DNA from: Eledone cirrhosa
Taxonomy: Eukaryota
Assembly: GCA_964016885.1 (NCBI GenBank)
Contig: CAXHJY010001229.1
Span: 62,001-126,000 of the forward strand
Length of the DNA: 64,000 nt
Reading direction: 5' to 3'
The position numbers and the translations under genes were made by a program. This document shows, piece by piece, positions 10,527-24,800 of this stretch; the stretch's first letter is position 1; each line of letters starts with the position of its first letter. The notes beneath the pieces were generated by a model. That model worked only from the letters and a program-made list of their open reading frames with translations. It made no database searches and was not told the DNA's origin.

Positions 10527-13440
10527 ATAGATAGATAGATAGATAGATATGTTTCTTTATTAGCCACAGGGGCACAAAAGAAGGGGACAAATACAAAGGG
10601 GGAAGTTTACATACAATAAAAACGTGTAAAATGTTATCACAAATGGAATTTAAAAAGTTAGTCGATTTTCCCCAATAGGGGGAGACATTACATATGGGTA
10701 ACACATACCTTCGAAAAAATGTGCAACCCTCGTCTCCAGAAGTACGAAGAGTTTGTACTCCTTTCCTCTCCTCCTCCTTTTCCTCAACCTACAGGCTGAT
10801 ATAGAGAGAAGGCCCATTCACTCGGGCCATTCTCGCCACTTTCACCCACCTTTCATAAAACTTGCTGGGGTACAGCACCTCTCTCTCCATCCTGATTCTT
10901 CTTCCAAAGTGGTATTTGAAAAAAAGAATCAGTTGTTGGCCGGAGAGAAAGGTGTCTGACCTCAGCCCTTTCAACCTTGTCCACCATACAACCACTTTCG
11001 CCATAGCTATCACACAAAGGAAAACCGCCTCTCCTTCGTTTTTGAAGGAGGGTGGCGGTTTGATCATGACAATGGACTCGGTGGTCAACTGGATTGGTCC
11101 CACCCGCGACAATAGTCGTTCTACATAGCCCCACAGGTCAGTGATGCCTGGGCAGTGTATGAATGCGTGCGCGACGGTTTCTTCATCTCGCATGCACCTC
11201 GGACAGATCTTTTTTGCAGGGTCCCTGCCCGAGCGCCCATGTCTGTAGAGCTTGTCTCGAACTGGTAGAGCTCCTCGGTAACACTGCCAGGCCAGGGACT
11301 TTTGGAAGTTGTCCATCGGTCCCGGGCGGAAGGTCCTACCGAACAGACTGGCCAGTTCATCTTCCTCTACGCCTAGAGTTTCACCGAGCGCGTCGTCGCA
11401 CTTGCTGCGGATCAATCCTCTATAGAATGACGAAGTGGAGTCTCCACTGATCGCCGGGTCCGCCTGCCAGAGGGCTGTGAGTGCCTGAGCACATTCGATG
11501 TGCCAGTCGCCCATTTTCCTCGGTCTTTGCTTGACCCAGGACTGCAGCTCGTCAACCACGGCATCCCCAGCCCTCCGTTAGAAGGGTGTTGGCAGCAGAT
11601 GGATCTTCTCACCAAAGGAGCCCGCCTCTTCCAAAGGAATCGGAAGAGCGCGCGTTCCATTTTGGCGAGCGTTTTGGCTGGACAAGGCACGATGGTCAAG
11701 CGGTAGTAGATGGCGGATGCTATAAAAGTGTTCGCCACCTCCGCTCGACCTTTCAAGGATAGTTTGCACTCGGCCCACTTCTGGGTGAGTGCAAACACCT
11801 TGAACGTCACTTTGTTCCAGTTCTTCTCCACCTGGAGGTCCGGACCAAACCAGACCCCGAGCAGCTTTACTGGTCCTTCCGTCCAGCGTCCGACGACGCC
11901 ATCGGAAGGCATCGGTTTGCCTCTCCACGATCCGAGTTGCAAACCGATGGACTTGTCCCGGTTCAGCTTCGCTCCTGTGAAACTTTCGTATTCCTTCAGT
12001 AAGGTGGCGACTTCCTCGATTTGCGAGGCGCTCGACACCATTACTGGCACGTCATCGGCGTAGGCCGATGCCGCTTTCCGCAGTCCCGGTTCCAGAGGGA
12101 TGCCCTGCAATAGCTCCAACTTCCGCAGTAGTGGCTCGAGAGTCAGTACGTACAGAAGGGAGGCGAGAGGGCATCCCTGTTGAATGGATCGCGTAATATG
12201 GAACGGCTCCGAGAGGTAGCCGTTTACCTTGACCCTTGAGCAGATGTTGCTGTTGTGCATTGCAGCAATCCAGCCCCTGAACACGGGTCCGAAGCCTGCC
12301 GCCTCGCGCACCGCATCCAGGTAACGATGGTCAACCCTATTGAAAGCCTTAGACTGATCCAAGTTGATCAGGGCCCCACCGAAGCCGGGTTTACACCCTA
12401 CCCTCTCTATGATGTATCGCATGAGGTGGAGGTTGTCGTGTATGGACCTGGTCGGGATTGCGCATGTCTGCGCTTCTCCCACCAGGTTCTCGATGACAAG
12501 CGCCAGCCTCTTTGCCAACACCTTGGCCAAAATCTGTGTTTAGCAGAGTTATGGGGCGGAAGTTGCCTATGTCATCCCCCTTATTCTCGTCCTTCCTGAT
12601 TAGTGTGACCACGCCCCCGGTTACAGAACTGGGAATTCTCCCATTCTGTTGCCAGTTGCAGTAGACCGCTTCCAGGAGACCGGAGAATAAGTCCGGCATT
12701 GCTACGTAAAATTCGTAGGGTAGACCGTCGAGACCTGGAGATTTGCGTTTGCCGCATTGGCTCAGCGCGTCCCCTATCTCAGTGGCTGAAATCGGCTTTT
12801 CGCAGAACTTTGCCTCGCTGTCCGAGAGTCGCGGTAGGCCGTCGAGGTATGGACCGAAATCCATAGCCTCTCCCCCCCCCCCCCGAACAGCTGAGCAAAG
12901 TGCCGCTGAAAAGCTGCACACATCTGCTTCGGCTCACATATTATGCGTCCGTTTTGGTCCTTCAAAGACCGAATCGTGGACCTGCAAATGGCTACCACAT
13001 CCATACTGTGCGACCTGAGGTCATTTAAGAGTTTGCCCTGTTTCCAGGGCATCTCCAGGCCGCATACGTTCACACATCCAACTCTTATATTGGCCATGTT
13101 GGTGCTGAAAAGTTAAAAGAGGAAAAGAGATCACTCACCCTTCGTCTCCTGGGGACCAGGCTGCACAATTTCCATGGGGGTGTTGGAGAGGTTGTCTGGG
13201 TGGGTGGTGGTTTCTGGCGGGGTGGGGAGACATTTGAGAAGGACGCGGTTAAGTGGTTTCACGCAGGAATTCCCCACATCCTTTTCAAATGTTTCTTTTA
13301 GGAACCTATAAGTTTGTATAGGGACCCTAATCAGTTTTAGGTTCAGTTTTTTGTTATTTTTAATAGAGTGGGCGAAAGTTTTCCCTTCGGTTTTCACCGA
13401 AGGGCTGTTCGTGATGGTCTCCATTAGCGTTTTGTTTTCA
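10527..13440 (-). mobile_element. Tx1/L1-clade LINE copy B with 5' end, partial ORF1 and ORF2 (APE start, RT, zf-RVT), with internal deletions
   Basis: ORF1 start METITNSPSVKTEGKTFAHSIK (13424); ORF2 start MANIRVGCVNVCGL..DVVAIC; KSPGLDGLPYEFY; FRPITLLNTD; QGCPLAS; YADDV; C-terminal CPRC...EETVAHAFIHC. Both ends abut (GATA)n. Confidence 0.93.
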
Positions 13441-13562
13441 GATAGATAGATAGATAGATAGATAGATGTGGATGGATGGATGGATATATAGATAGATATA
13501 GATGGATGGGTAGATGGAGAGAGGGGGGGGAGACACACACAAACAGACAGACAGACAGATAT
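13441..13562. repeat. (GATA)n/(GATG)n/(GACA)n compound microsatellite
   Basis: Directly visible. Confidence 0.95.
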
Positions 13563-13825
13563 ATGCCCAATAATTCATTCATAAATGATTATTGTTCATA
13601 GGTACATTATGACTAGATTTAATTTTGATTACCTGTGAAAATGTTTATTCAGTCATAAGTTGGTGTAGGAATGTCGTGGATATGGTTCATTTGATAGGTA
13701 CCAAAATAGAAACTGACTTCCATGTCATACGACTCCCTACCCCTTGGAAACCAAAATTAAAAAACAAAAATGAAGTCTTACTCATAATATAGGAGTAGTT
13801 GTGGAGAAAGGAAGTACTTCTACAG

Positions 13826-14275
13826 TCAATGATAATGATGATGGTAAAGCTACTGTTGATGACGATGAGGATGGTGATGATGGTGATGATGGTGATTATA
13901 GAAACGTTGATGGTGATGATAATAGAGATATTTATTGTAATGATGATTGTGATGATCGTAATGGTGATAATGGTAATGGTGATGATGATGATGATTTTCA
14001 TGATGGTGGTACTGCTTTTGATGATGCTAAGGATGATGATACCGGTAATGGTGATAAGGATGATGATACTGACTATGGTGATGGTGATGGTGATGTTTAT
14101 GGTGAAAATGAGAATTGTGGTGACGATGGTGATGATGAAAATGGTGATGATGGTAAAGGTGATAATGTTAATGGAGACGATGGTGATGAGGATGGTGATA
14201 ATAATACTGATGTTGATGATGGTGATGCTGATGATAATAACAATTGTGACAACAACCATGACTGATAACAACCAA
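13826..14275. repeat. Degenerate (GAT/GGT/AAT)n trinucleotide low-complexity tract
   Basis: Triplet periodicity gives open frames on both strands (poly-D/G, poly-M/V, poly-I/T). Confidence 0.9.
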
Positions 14276-14287
14276 CAAGTGCTTTAA

Positions 14288-14501
14288 CCCTTTAACCTTT
14301 ACATTACTCTGTGTTTACTATTGTATTTTCACAGTAAAAGCTTTATCTCATATAATCACAAATCTACCAAGATTTTGATGACATTATTGTTTATTTTGAA
14401 GAATATCTTAATGCAGACATGAGCAGCTGGTTATGGCCAGTTTGAACAGAAAAGGGGGGAGAGAATTTTGCTTGGATATGGCTGGTTTAAATGCTAAAGG
14501 G
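14288..14501 (-). mobile_element. piggyBac-type MITE with TTAA target-site duplication
   Basis: TTAA|CCCTTTAAC...AAATGCTAAAGGG|TTAA; reverse-complement homolog of 39267-39474 and 59684-59881. Confidence 0.85.
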
Positions 14502-14639
14502 TTAAGTTCATTTACTCTGCTAAAACAAGGGTTAGCCGTGTGTATGTAGAGAGAGGAGGGCACTGCCAGATTTCGTATTGATCATGGGGTCATTTTGGTG
14601 GGGCAATATTTTATAGCTAGATATCATTCCTTGTGCTAA

Positions 14640-14928
14640 CACTTTTTGTCTTGCTTTTATGCTCAGAGTTGCTGAAGCATGGAACAAACTACCTGCATCG
14701 GTTGTTAGCTGTCGAGACTCTGCATCCTTTAAGGCCTCCATGCTTCAAGAGATTCATCAACACTACACCTAATGTTCCCCCTCCATACACATACACACAT
14801 GTATACCATGACTCATACACTATTCACTTTCCTGACATTTGTATATTATTCTATGTACTATACATACACCTTTGACGAGTTGTAGTGCACCTGAGCACTG
14901 TACACAATAATTTCATTATTATTATTAT
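14640..14928 (+). mobile_element. CR1-type LINE 3' fragment with (ATT)n tail
   Basis: Close match to 47105-47392 (TTTTATGCTCAGAGTTG..GCATGGAACAAACTACCTGC...GTAGTGCACCTGAGCACTGTA..ATAATTTCATTATT). Confidence 0.9.
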
Positions 14929-15491
14929 AAATGAAACACAGACAGGGAAAGACACAGGAATAGAGTTTACCTATTATTCCACTCCCACTCCATAGACTAC
15001 AACAAAAAAGGTAACACCAATGATAGAGTGAGGAAATGGAGGAAATGGCAACATTTTGTGAGGAATCTAATGTCAACTTTGCCTTTCCTTCAACTAGCCT
15101 TCAGCAGTGTCCCTAACAGGGGTGTGTGGCAGGGATGGTGGGTAGGAGACCTCAATTTGATGCTACCCCCATAGGGTTGTAATTGAATGAGGATTAATAT
15201 ATCCAGAGACTCCAAGAGAAAGTTTTGCAAGCAAGACAACAAAACTGACTTTTTGGGAAGGGAGGATGGAAATCCTTCATTCTCCAGGCCAGCCGAACCT
15301 CCACCATCCTTTTATAGACTCTGTATATATGTGTGTTTCTTTGTGTTTTGTTGATGTTGCTAGTATTGTTGCTATAACAGCTCACACCTGTGTAGGTTTA
15401 GGTTTAGCTTTGAGGTTGCATTTCATAGGAACCTTCTCATGTGTTTTAGTGATAGGAGCACTCTGTCCTATCATAAAAAGCAATGTGAAAT

Positions 15492-15596
15492 GAAGCAGCA
15501 TCTTGTTCAAGAACACAATGGGCCTCCTAATCCAAGAATTGGACCCACTACCTTCTGATTATGAGTCCAACACCCTAACCACTAGGCAATGCACCA
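15492..15596 (-). mobile_element. SINE family 2, 5' fragment
   Basis: Reverse complement resembles GCATGGCTTAGTGGTTAG...GTTCTTGAACAAGA of the copies at 52828 and 58918. Confidence 0.6.
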
Positions 15597-15860
15597 TCAC
15601 TATTGATGGCAGTGTTGCAATTGCTGGACTTGTAAACTATGGGTCAACAATTTCTATAAACAGTATTTTAGTTTACCTAGTTTTTTACTTAAGCCAAAAG
15701 TCCATATGACTGACATACACGCACCACCCATATTTCCATAACTTTGAACATATTTGAGAAAAATCACCAGTGGGACAGAGTGCTAACAAGACTATCATAT
15801 TAGATTTAAAACTCATCATTAGAAGATAGCACACTGCAGGCTATTAGTCTTTATATTAAA

Positions 15861-18800
15861 GAACTATGCAACTACACAATGTTGCCTATTTACAGCTAGG
15901 TGGATTGTTGACAGTTAAGTGTCTTGGTTATAGACACAGTACAGTGAACTATACCACACTGTGGTACCTACTTACAGCTAGGTGGACTGGACTGTTGACA
16001 GTTAAGTGTCTTGGTTATAGACACAGTACAGTGAACTATACCACACTGTGGTACCTACTTACAGCTAGGTGGACTGGACTGTTGACAGTTAAGTATCTTG
16101 GTTATAGACACAGTACAGTGAACTATACCACACTGTGGTACCTACTTACAACTAGGTGGACTGGACTGTTGACAGTTAAGTGTCTTGGTTATAGACACAG
16201 TACAGTGAACTATACCACACTGTGGTACCTACTTACAGCTAGGTGGGCTGTTGACAGTTAAGTGTCTTGGTTATAGACACAGTACAGTGAACTATACCAC
16301 ACTGTGGTACCTACTTACAGCTAGGTGGGCTGTTGACAGTTAAGTGTCTTGGTTATAGACACAGTACAGTGAACTATACCACACTGTGGTACCTACTTAC
16401 AACTAGGTGGACTGTTGACAGTTAAGTGTCTTGGTTATAGACACAGTACAGTGAACTATACCACACTGTGGTACCTACTTACAACTAGGTGGACTGGACT
16501 GTTGACAGTTAAGTGTCTTGGTTATAGACACAGTACAGTGAACTATACCACACTGTGGTACCTACTTACAGCTATGTGGGCTGTTGACAGTTAAGTGTCT
16601 TGGTTATAGACACAGTACAGTGAACTATACCACACTGTGGTACCTACTTACAGCTAGGTGGGCTGTTGACAGTTAAGTGTCTTGGTTATAGACACAGTAC
16701 AGTGAACTATACCACACTGTGGTACCTACTTACAACTAGGTGGACTGTTGACAGTTAAGTGTCTTGGTTATAGACACAGTACAGTGAACTATACCACACT
16801 GTGGTACCTACTTACAGCTAGGTGGACTGGACTGTTGACAGTTAAGTGTCTTTGTTATAGACACAGTACAGTGAACTATACCACACTGTGGTATCTACTT
16901 ACAGCTAGGTGGACTGTTGACCGTTAAGTGTCTTGGTTATAGACACAGTACAGTGAACTATACCACACTGTGGTACCTACTTACAGCTAGGTGGACTGTT
17001 GACAGTTAAGTGTCTTGGTTATAGACACAGTACAGTGAACTATACCACACTGTGGTATCTACTTACAACTAGGTGGACTGAACTGTTGACAGTTAAGTGT
17101 CTTTGTTATAGACACAGAACAGTGAACTATACCACACTGTGGTACCTACTTACAGCTAGGTGGACTGGACTGTTGACAGTTAAGTGTCTTTGTTATAGAC
17201 ACAGTACAGTGAACTATACCACACTGTGGTACCTACTTACAGCTAGGAGGACTGTTGACAGTTAAGTGTCTTGGTTATAGACACAGTACAGTGAACTATA
17301 CCATACTGTGGTACCTACTTACAACTAGGTGGACTGTTGACAGTTAAGTGTCTTGGTTATAGACACAGTACAGTGAACTATACCACACTGTGGTACCTAC
17401 TTACAGCTAGGTGGACTGGACTGTTGACAGTTAAGTGTCTTTGTTATAGACACAGTACAGTGAACTATACCACACTGTGGTATCTACTTACAGCTAGGTG
17501 GACTGTTGACCGTTAAGTGTCTTGGTTATAGACACAGTACAGTGAACTATACCACACTGTGGTACCTACTTACAGCTAGGTGGACTGTTGACAGTTAAGT
17601 GTCTTGGTTATAGACACAGTACAGTGAACTATACCACACTGTGGTATCTACTTACAACTAGGTGGACTGAACTGTTGACAGTTAAGTGTCTTTGTTATAG
17701 ACACAGAACAGTGAACTATACCACACTGTGGTACCTACTTACAGCTAGGTGGACTGGACTGTTGACAGTTAAGTGTCTTTGTTATAGACACAGTACAGTG
17801 AACTATACCACACTGTGGTACCTACTTACAGCTAGGAGGACTGTTGACAGTTAAGTGTCTTGGTTATAGACACAGTACAGTGAACTATACCATACTGTGG
17901 TACCTACTTACAACTAGGTGGACTGTTGACAGTTAAGTGTCTTGGTTATAGACACAGTACAGTGAACTATACCACACTGTGGTACCTACTTACAGCTAGG
18001 TGGGCTGTTGACAGTTAAGTGTCTTGGTTATAGACACAGTACAGTGAACTATACTAGACTGTGGTACCTACTTACAACTAGGTGGACTGGACTGTTGACA
18101 GTTAAGTGTCTTGGTTATAGACACAGAACAGTGAACTATACCACACTGTGGTATCTACTTACAACTAGGTGGACTGAACTGTTGACAGTTAAGTGTCTTT
18201 GTTATAGACACAGTACAGTGAACTATACCACACTGTGGTACCTACTTACAGCTAGGAGGACTGTTGACAGTTAAGTGTCTTGGTTATAGACACAGTACAG
18301 TGAACTATACCATACTGTGGTACCTACTTACAACTAGGTGGACTGTTGACAGTTAAGTGTCTTGGTTATAGACACAGTACAGTGAACTATACCACACTGT
18401 GGTACCTACTTACAACTAGGTGGGCTGTTGACAGTTAAGTGTCTTGGTTATAGACACAGTACAGTGAACTATACTAGACTGTGGTACCTACTTACAACTA
18501 GGTGGACTGGACTGTTGACAGTTAAGTGTCTTGGTTATAGACACAGAACAGTGAACTATACCACACTGTGGTACCTACTTACAGCTAGGTGGACTGTTGA
18601 CAGTTAAGTGTCTTGGTTATAGACACAGTACAGTGAACTATACCACACTGTGGTACCTACTTACAGCTAGGTGGACTGTTGACAGTTAAGTGTCTTGGTT
18701 ATAGACACAGTACAGTGAACTATACCACACTGTGGTATCTACTTACAGCTAGGTGGACTGTTGACAGTTAAGTGTCTTGGTTATAGACACAGTACAGTGA

Positions 18801-21800
18801 ACTATACCATACTGTGGTACCTACTTACAGCTTGGTGGACTGTTGACAGTTAAGTGTCTTGGTTATAGACACAGTACAGTGAACTATACCACACTGTGGT
18901 ACCTACTTACAGCTAGGTGGACTGTTGACAGTTAAGTGTCTTGGTTATAGACACAGTACAGTGAACTATACCACACTGTGGTATCTACTTACAGCTAGGT
19001 GGACTGTTGACAGTTAAGTGTCTTGGTTATAGACACAGTACAGTGAACTATACCATACTGTGGTACCTACTTACAACTAGGTGGACTGTTGACAGTTAAG
19101 TGTCTTGGTTATAGACACAGTACAGTGAACTATACCACACTGTGGTACCTACTTACAGCTAGGTGGACTGGACTGTTGACAGTTAAGTGTCTTTGTTATA
19201 GACACAGTACAGTGAACTATACCACACTGTGGTATCTACTTACAGCTAGGTGGACTGTTGACCGTTAAGTGTCTTGGTTATAGACACAGTACAGTGAACT
19301 ATACCACACTGTGGTACCTACTTACAGCTAGGTGGACTGTTGACAGTTAAGTGTCTTGGTTATAGACACAGTACAGTGAACTATACCACACTGTGGTATC
19401 TACTTACAACTAGGTGGACTGAACTGTTGACAGTTAAGTGTCTTTGTTATAGACACAGAACAGTGAACTATACCACACTGTGGTACCTACTTACAGCTAG
19501 GTGGACTGGACTGTTAACAGTTAAGTGTCTTTGTTATAGACACAGTACAGTGAACTATACCACACTGTGGTACCTACTTACAACTAGGTGGACTGTTGAC
19601 AGTTAAGTGTCTTGGTTATAGACACAGTACAGTGAACTATACCACACTGTGGTACCTACTTACAGCTAGGTGGACTGGACTGTTGACAGTTAAGTGTCTT
19701 TGTTATAGACACAGTACAGTGAACTATACCACACTGTGGTATCTACTTACAGCTAGGTGGACTGTTGACCGTTAAGTGTCTTGGTTATAGACACAGTACA
19801 GTGAACTATACCACACTGTGGTACCTACTTACAGCTAGGTGGACTGTTGACAGTTAAGTGTCTTGGTTATAGACACAGTACAGTGAACTATACCACACTG
19901 TGGTATCTACTTACAACTAGGTGGACTGAACTGTTGACAGTTAAGTGTCTTTGTTATAGACACAGAACAGTGAACTATACCACACTGTGGTATCTACTTA
20001 CAACTAGGTGGACTGAACTGTTGACAGTTAAGTGTCTTTGTTATAGACACAGTACAGTGAACTATACCACACTGTGGTACCTACCTACAGCTAGGAGGAC
20101 TGTTGACAGTTAAGTGTCTTGGTTATAGACACAGTACAGTGAACTATACCATACTGTGGTACCTACTTACAACTAGGTGGACTGTTGACAGTTAAGTGTC
20201 TTGGTTATAGACACAGTACAGTGAACTATACCACACTGTGGTACCTACTTACAACTAGGTGGGCTGTTGACAGTTAAGTGTCTTGGTTATAGACACAGTA
20301 CAGTGAACTATACTAGACTGTGGTACCTACTTACAACTAGGTGGACTGGACTGTTGACAGTTAAGTGTCTTGGTTATAGACACAGAACAGTGAACTATAC
20401 CACACTGTGGTACCTACTTACAGCTAGGTGGACTGTTGACAGTTAAGTGTCTTGGTTATAGACACAGTACAGTGAACTATACCACACTGTGGTACCTACT
20501 TACAGCTAGGTGGACTGTTGACAGTTAAGTGTCTTGGTTATAGACACAGTACAGTGAACTATACCACACTGTGGTATCTACTTACAGCTAGGTGGACTGT
20601 TGACAGTTAAGTGTCTTGGTTATAGACACAGTACAGTGAACTATACCATACTGTGGTACCTACTTACAGCTTGGTGGACTGTTGACAGTTAAGTGTCTTG
20701 GTTATAGACACAGTACAGTGAACTATACCATACTGTGGTACCTACTTACAACTAGGTGGACTGTTGACAGTTAAGTGTCTTGGTTATAGACACAGTACAG
20801 TGAACTATACCACACTGTGGTACCTACTTACAGCTAGGTGGACTGGACTGTTGACAGTTAAGTGTCTTTGTTATAGACACAGTACAGTGAACTATACCAC
20901 ACTGTGGTATCTACTTACAGCTAGGTGGACTGTTGACAGTTAAGTGTCTTGGTTATAGACACAGTACAGTGAACTATACCACACTGTGGTACCTACTTAC
21001 AGCTAGGTGGACTGTTGACAGTTAAGTGTCTTGGTTATAGACACAGTACAGTGAACTATACCACACTGTGGTATCTACTTACAACTAGGTGGACTGAACT
21101 GTTGACAGTTAAGTGTCTTTGTTATAGACACAGAACAGTGAACTATACCACACTGTGGTACCTACTTACAGCTAGGTGGACTGGACTGTTGACAGTTAAG
21201 TGTCTTTGTTATAGACACAGTACAGTGAACTATACCACACTGTGGTACCTACTTACAGCTAGGAGGACTGTTGACAGTTAAGTGTCTTGGTTATAGACAC
21301 AGTACAGTGAACTATACCATACTGTGGTACCTACTTACAACTAGGTGGACTGTTGACAGTTAAGTGTCTTGGTTATAGACACAGTAGAGTGAACTATACC
21401 ACACTGTGGTACCTACTTACAGCTAGGTGGGCTGTTGACAGTTAAGTGTCTTGGTTATAGACACAGTACAGTGAACTATACTAGACTGTGCTACCTACTT
21501 ACAACTAGGTGGACTGGACTGTTGACAGTTAAGTGTCTTGGTTATAGACACAGAACAGTGAACTATACCACACTGTGGTATCTACTTAGAACTAGGTGGA
21601 CTGAACTGTTGACAGTTAAGTGTCTTTGTTATAGACACAGTACAGTGAACTATACCACACTGTGGTACCTACTTACAGCTAGGAGGACTGTTGACAGTTA
21701 AGTGTCTTGGTTATAGACACAGTACAGTGAACTATACCATACTGTGGTACCTACTTACAACTAGGTGGACTGTTGACAGTTAAGTGTCTTGGTTATAGAC

Positions 21801-24800
21801 ACAGTACAGTGAACTATACAACACTGTGGTACCTACTTACAACTAGGTTGGCTGTTGACTGTTAAGTGTCTTGGTTATAGACACAGTACAGTGAACTATA
21901 CCACACTGTGGTACCTACTTACAGCTAGGTGGACTGTTGACAGTTAAGTGTCTTGGTTATAGACACAGTACAGTGAACTATACCACACTGTGGTATCTAC
22001 TTACAGCTAGGTGGACTGTTGACAGTTAAGTGTCTTGGTTATAGACACAGTACAGTGAACTATACCATACTGTGGTACCTACTTACAGCTTGGTGGACTG
22101 TTGACAGTTAAGTGTCTTGGTTATAGACACAGTACAGTGAACTATACCATACTGTGGTACCTACTTACAGCTAGGTGGACTGGACTGTTGACAGTTAAGT
22201 GTCTTGGTTATAGACACAGAACAGTGAACTATACCACACTGTGGTACCTACTTACAGCTAGGTGGACTGTTGACAGTTAAGTGTCTTGGTTATAGACACA
22301 GTACAGTGAACTATACCACACTGTGGTACCTACTTACAGCTAGGTGGACTGTTGACAGTTAAGTGTCTTGGTTATAGACACAGTACAGTGAACTATACCA
22401 CACTGTGGTATCTACTTACAGCTAGGTGGACTGTTGACAGTTAAGTGTCTTGGTTATAGACACAGTACAGTGAACTATACCATACTGTGGTACCTACTTA
22501 CAGCTTGGTGGACTGTTGACAGTTAAGTGTCTTGGTTATAGACACAGTACAGTGAACTATACCGCACTGTGGTACCTACTTACAGCTAGGTGGGCTGTAG
22601 ACAGTTAAGTGTCTTGGTTATAGACACAGTACAGTGAACTATACCACACTGTGGTACCTACTTACAGCTAGGTGGGCTGTTGACAGTTAAGTGTCTTGGT
22701 TATAGACACAGTACAGTGAACTATACTAGACTGTGGTACCTACTTACAGCTAGGTGGACTGGACTGTTGACAGTTAAGTGTCTTTGTTATAGACACAGTA
22801 CAGTGAACTATACCACACTGTGGTATCTACTTACAGCTAGGTGGACTGTTGACCGTTAAGTGTCTTGGTTATAGACACAGTACAGTGAACTATACCACAC
22901 TGTGGTACCTACTTACAGCTAGGTGGACTGTTGACAGTTAAGTGTCTTGGTTATAGACACAGTACAGTGAACTATACCACACTGTGGTATCTACTTACAA
23001 CTAGGTGGACTGAACTGTTGACAGTTAAGTGTCTTTGTTATAGACACAGAACAGTGAACTATACCACACTGTGGTACCTACTTACAGCTAGGTGGACTGG
23101 ACTGTTGACAGTTAAGTGTCTTTGTTATAGACACAGTACAGTGAACTATACCACACTGTGGTACCTACTTACAGCTAGGAGGACTGTTGACAGTTAAGTG
23201 TCTTGGTTATAGACACAGTACAGTGAACTATACCATACTGTGGTACCTACTTACAACTAGGTGGACTGTTGACAGTTAAGTGTCTTGGTTATAGACACAG
23301 TAGAGTGAACTATACCACACTGTGGTACCTACTTACAGCTAGGTGGGCTGTTGACAGTTAAGTGTCTTGGTTATAGACACAGTACAGTGAACTATACTAG
23401 ACTGTGCTACCTACTTACAACTAGGTGGACTGGACTGTTGACAGTTAAGTGTCTTGGTTATAGACACAGAACAGTGAACTATACCACACTGTGGTATCTA
23501 CTTAGAACTAGGTGGACTGAACTGTTGACAGTTAAGTGTCTTTGTTATAGACACAGTACAGTGAACTATACCACACTGTGGTACCTACTTACAGCTAGGA
23601 GGACTGTTGACAGTTAAGTGTCTTGGTTATAGACACAGTACAGTGAACTATACCATACTGTGGTACCTACTTACAACTAGGTGGACTGTTGACAGTTAAG
23701 TGTCTTGGTTATAGACACAGTACAGTGAACTATACAACACTGTGGTACCTACTTACAACTAGGTTGGCTGTTGACTGTTAAGTGTCTTGGTTATAGACAC
23801 AGTACAGTGAACTATACCACACTGTGGTACCTACTTACAGCTAGGTGGACTGTTGACAGTTAAGTGTCTTGGTTATAGACACAGTACAGTGAACTATACC
23901 ACACTGTGGTATCTACTTACAGCTAGGTGGACTGTTGACAGTTAAGTGTCTTGGTTATAGACACAGTACAGTGAACTATACCATACTGTGGTACCTACTT
24001 ACAGCTTGGTGGACTGTTGACAGTTAAGTGTCTTGGTTATAGACACAGTACAGTGAACTATACCATACTGTGGTACCTACTTACAGCTAGGTGGACTGGA
24101 CTGTTGACAGTTAAGTGTCTTGGTTATAGACACAGAACAGTGAACTATACCACACTGTGGTACCTACTTACAGCTAGGTGGACTGTTGACAGTTAAGTGT
24201 CTTGGTTATAGACACAGTACAGTGAACTATACCACACTGTGGTACCTACTTACAGCTAGGTGGACTGTTGACAGTTAAGTGTCTTGGTTATAGACACAGT
24301 ACAGTGAACTATACCACACTGTGGTATCTACTTACAGCTAGGTGGACTGTTGACAGTTAAGTGTCTTGGTTATAGACACAGTACAGTGAACTATACCACA
24401 CTGTGGTACCTACTTACAGCTAGGTGGGCTGTTGACAGTTAAGTGTCTTGGTTATAGACACAGTACAGTGAACTATACTAGACTGTGGTACCTACTTACA
24501 GCTAGGTGGACTGTTGACAGTTAAGTGTCTTGGTTATAGACACAGTACAGTGAACAATACCACACTGTGGTACCTACTTACAGCTAGGTGGACTGTTGAC
24601 AGTTAAGTGTCTTGGTTATAGACACAGTACAGTGAACTATACCATACTGTGGTACCTACTTACAACTAGGTGGACTGTTGACAGTTAAGTGTCTTGGTTA
24701 TAGACACAGTACAGTGAACTATACCACACTGTGGTACCTACTTACAACTAGGTGGGCTGTTGACAGTTAAGTGTCTTGGTTATAGACACAGTACAGTGAA

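Noticed and set aside
13687-14287. Asp/Gly-rich acidic protein ORF (biomineralisation-like)
   Set aside because: Open frames on both strands follow from a degenerate (GAT)n tract. There are no splice signals or non-repetitive domain, so it cannot be supported without expression data.
15600-15890. Continuation of the minus-strand frame left of the array, with TAA/TAG read as Gln (variant code or editing)
   Set aside because: Stop density is about that expected for random AT-rich DNA, and the lack of TGA in so few stops is not persuasive.
16261-16342. Satellite monomer as a hammerhead ribozyme or tRNA
   Set aside because: No CUGANGA/GAAA core on either strand, and no acceptor stem or T-loop consensus despite the several hairpins.
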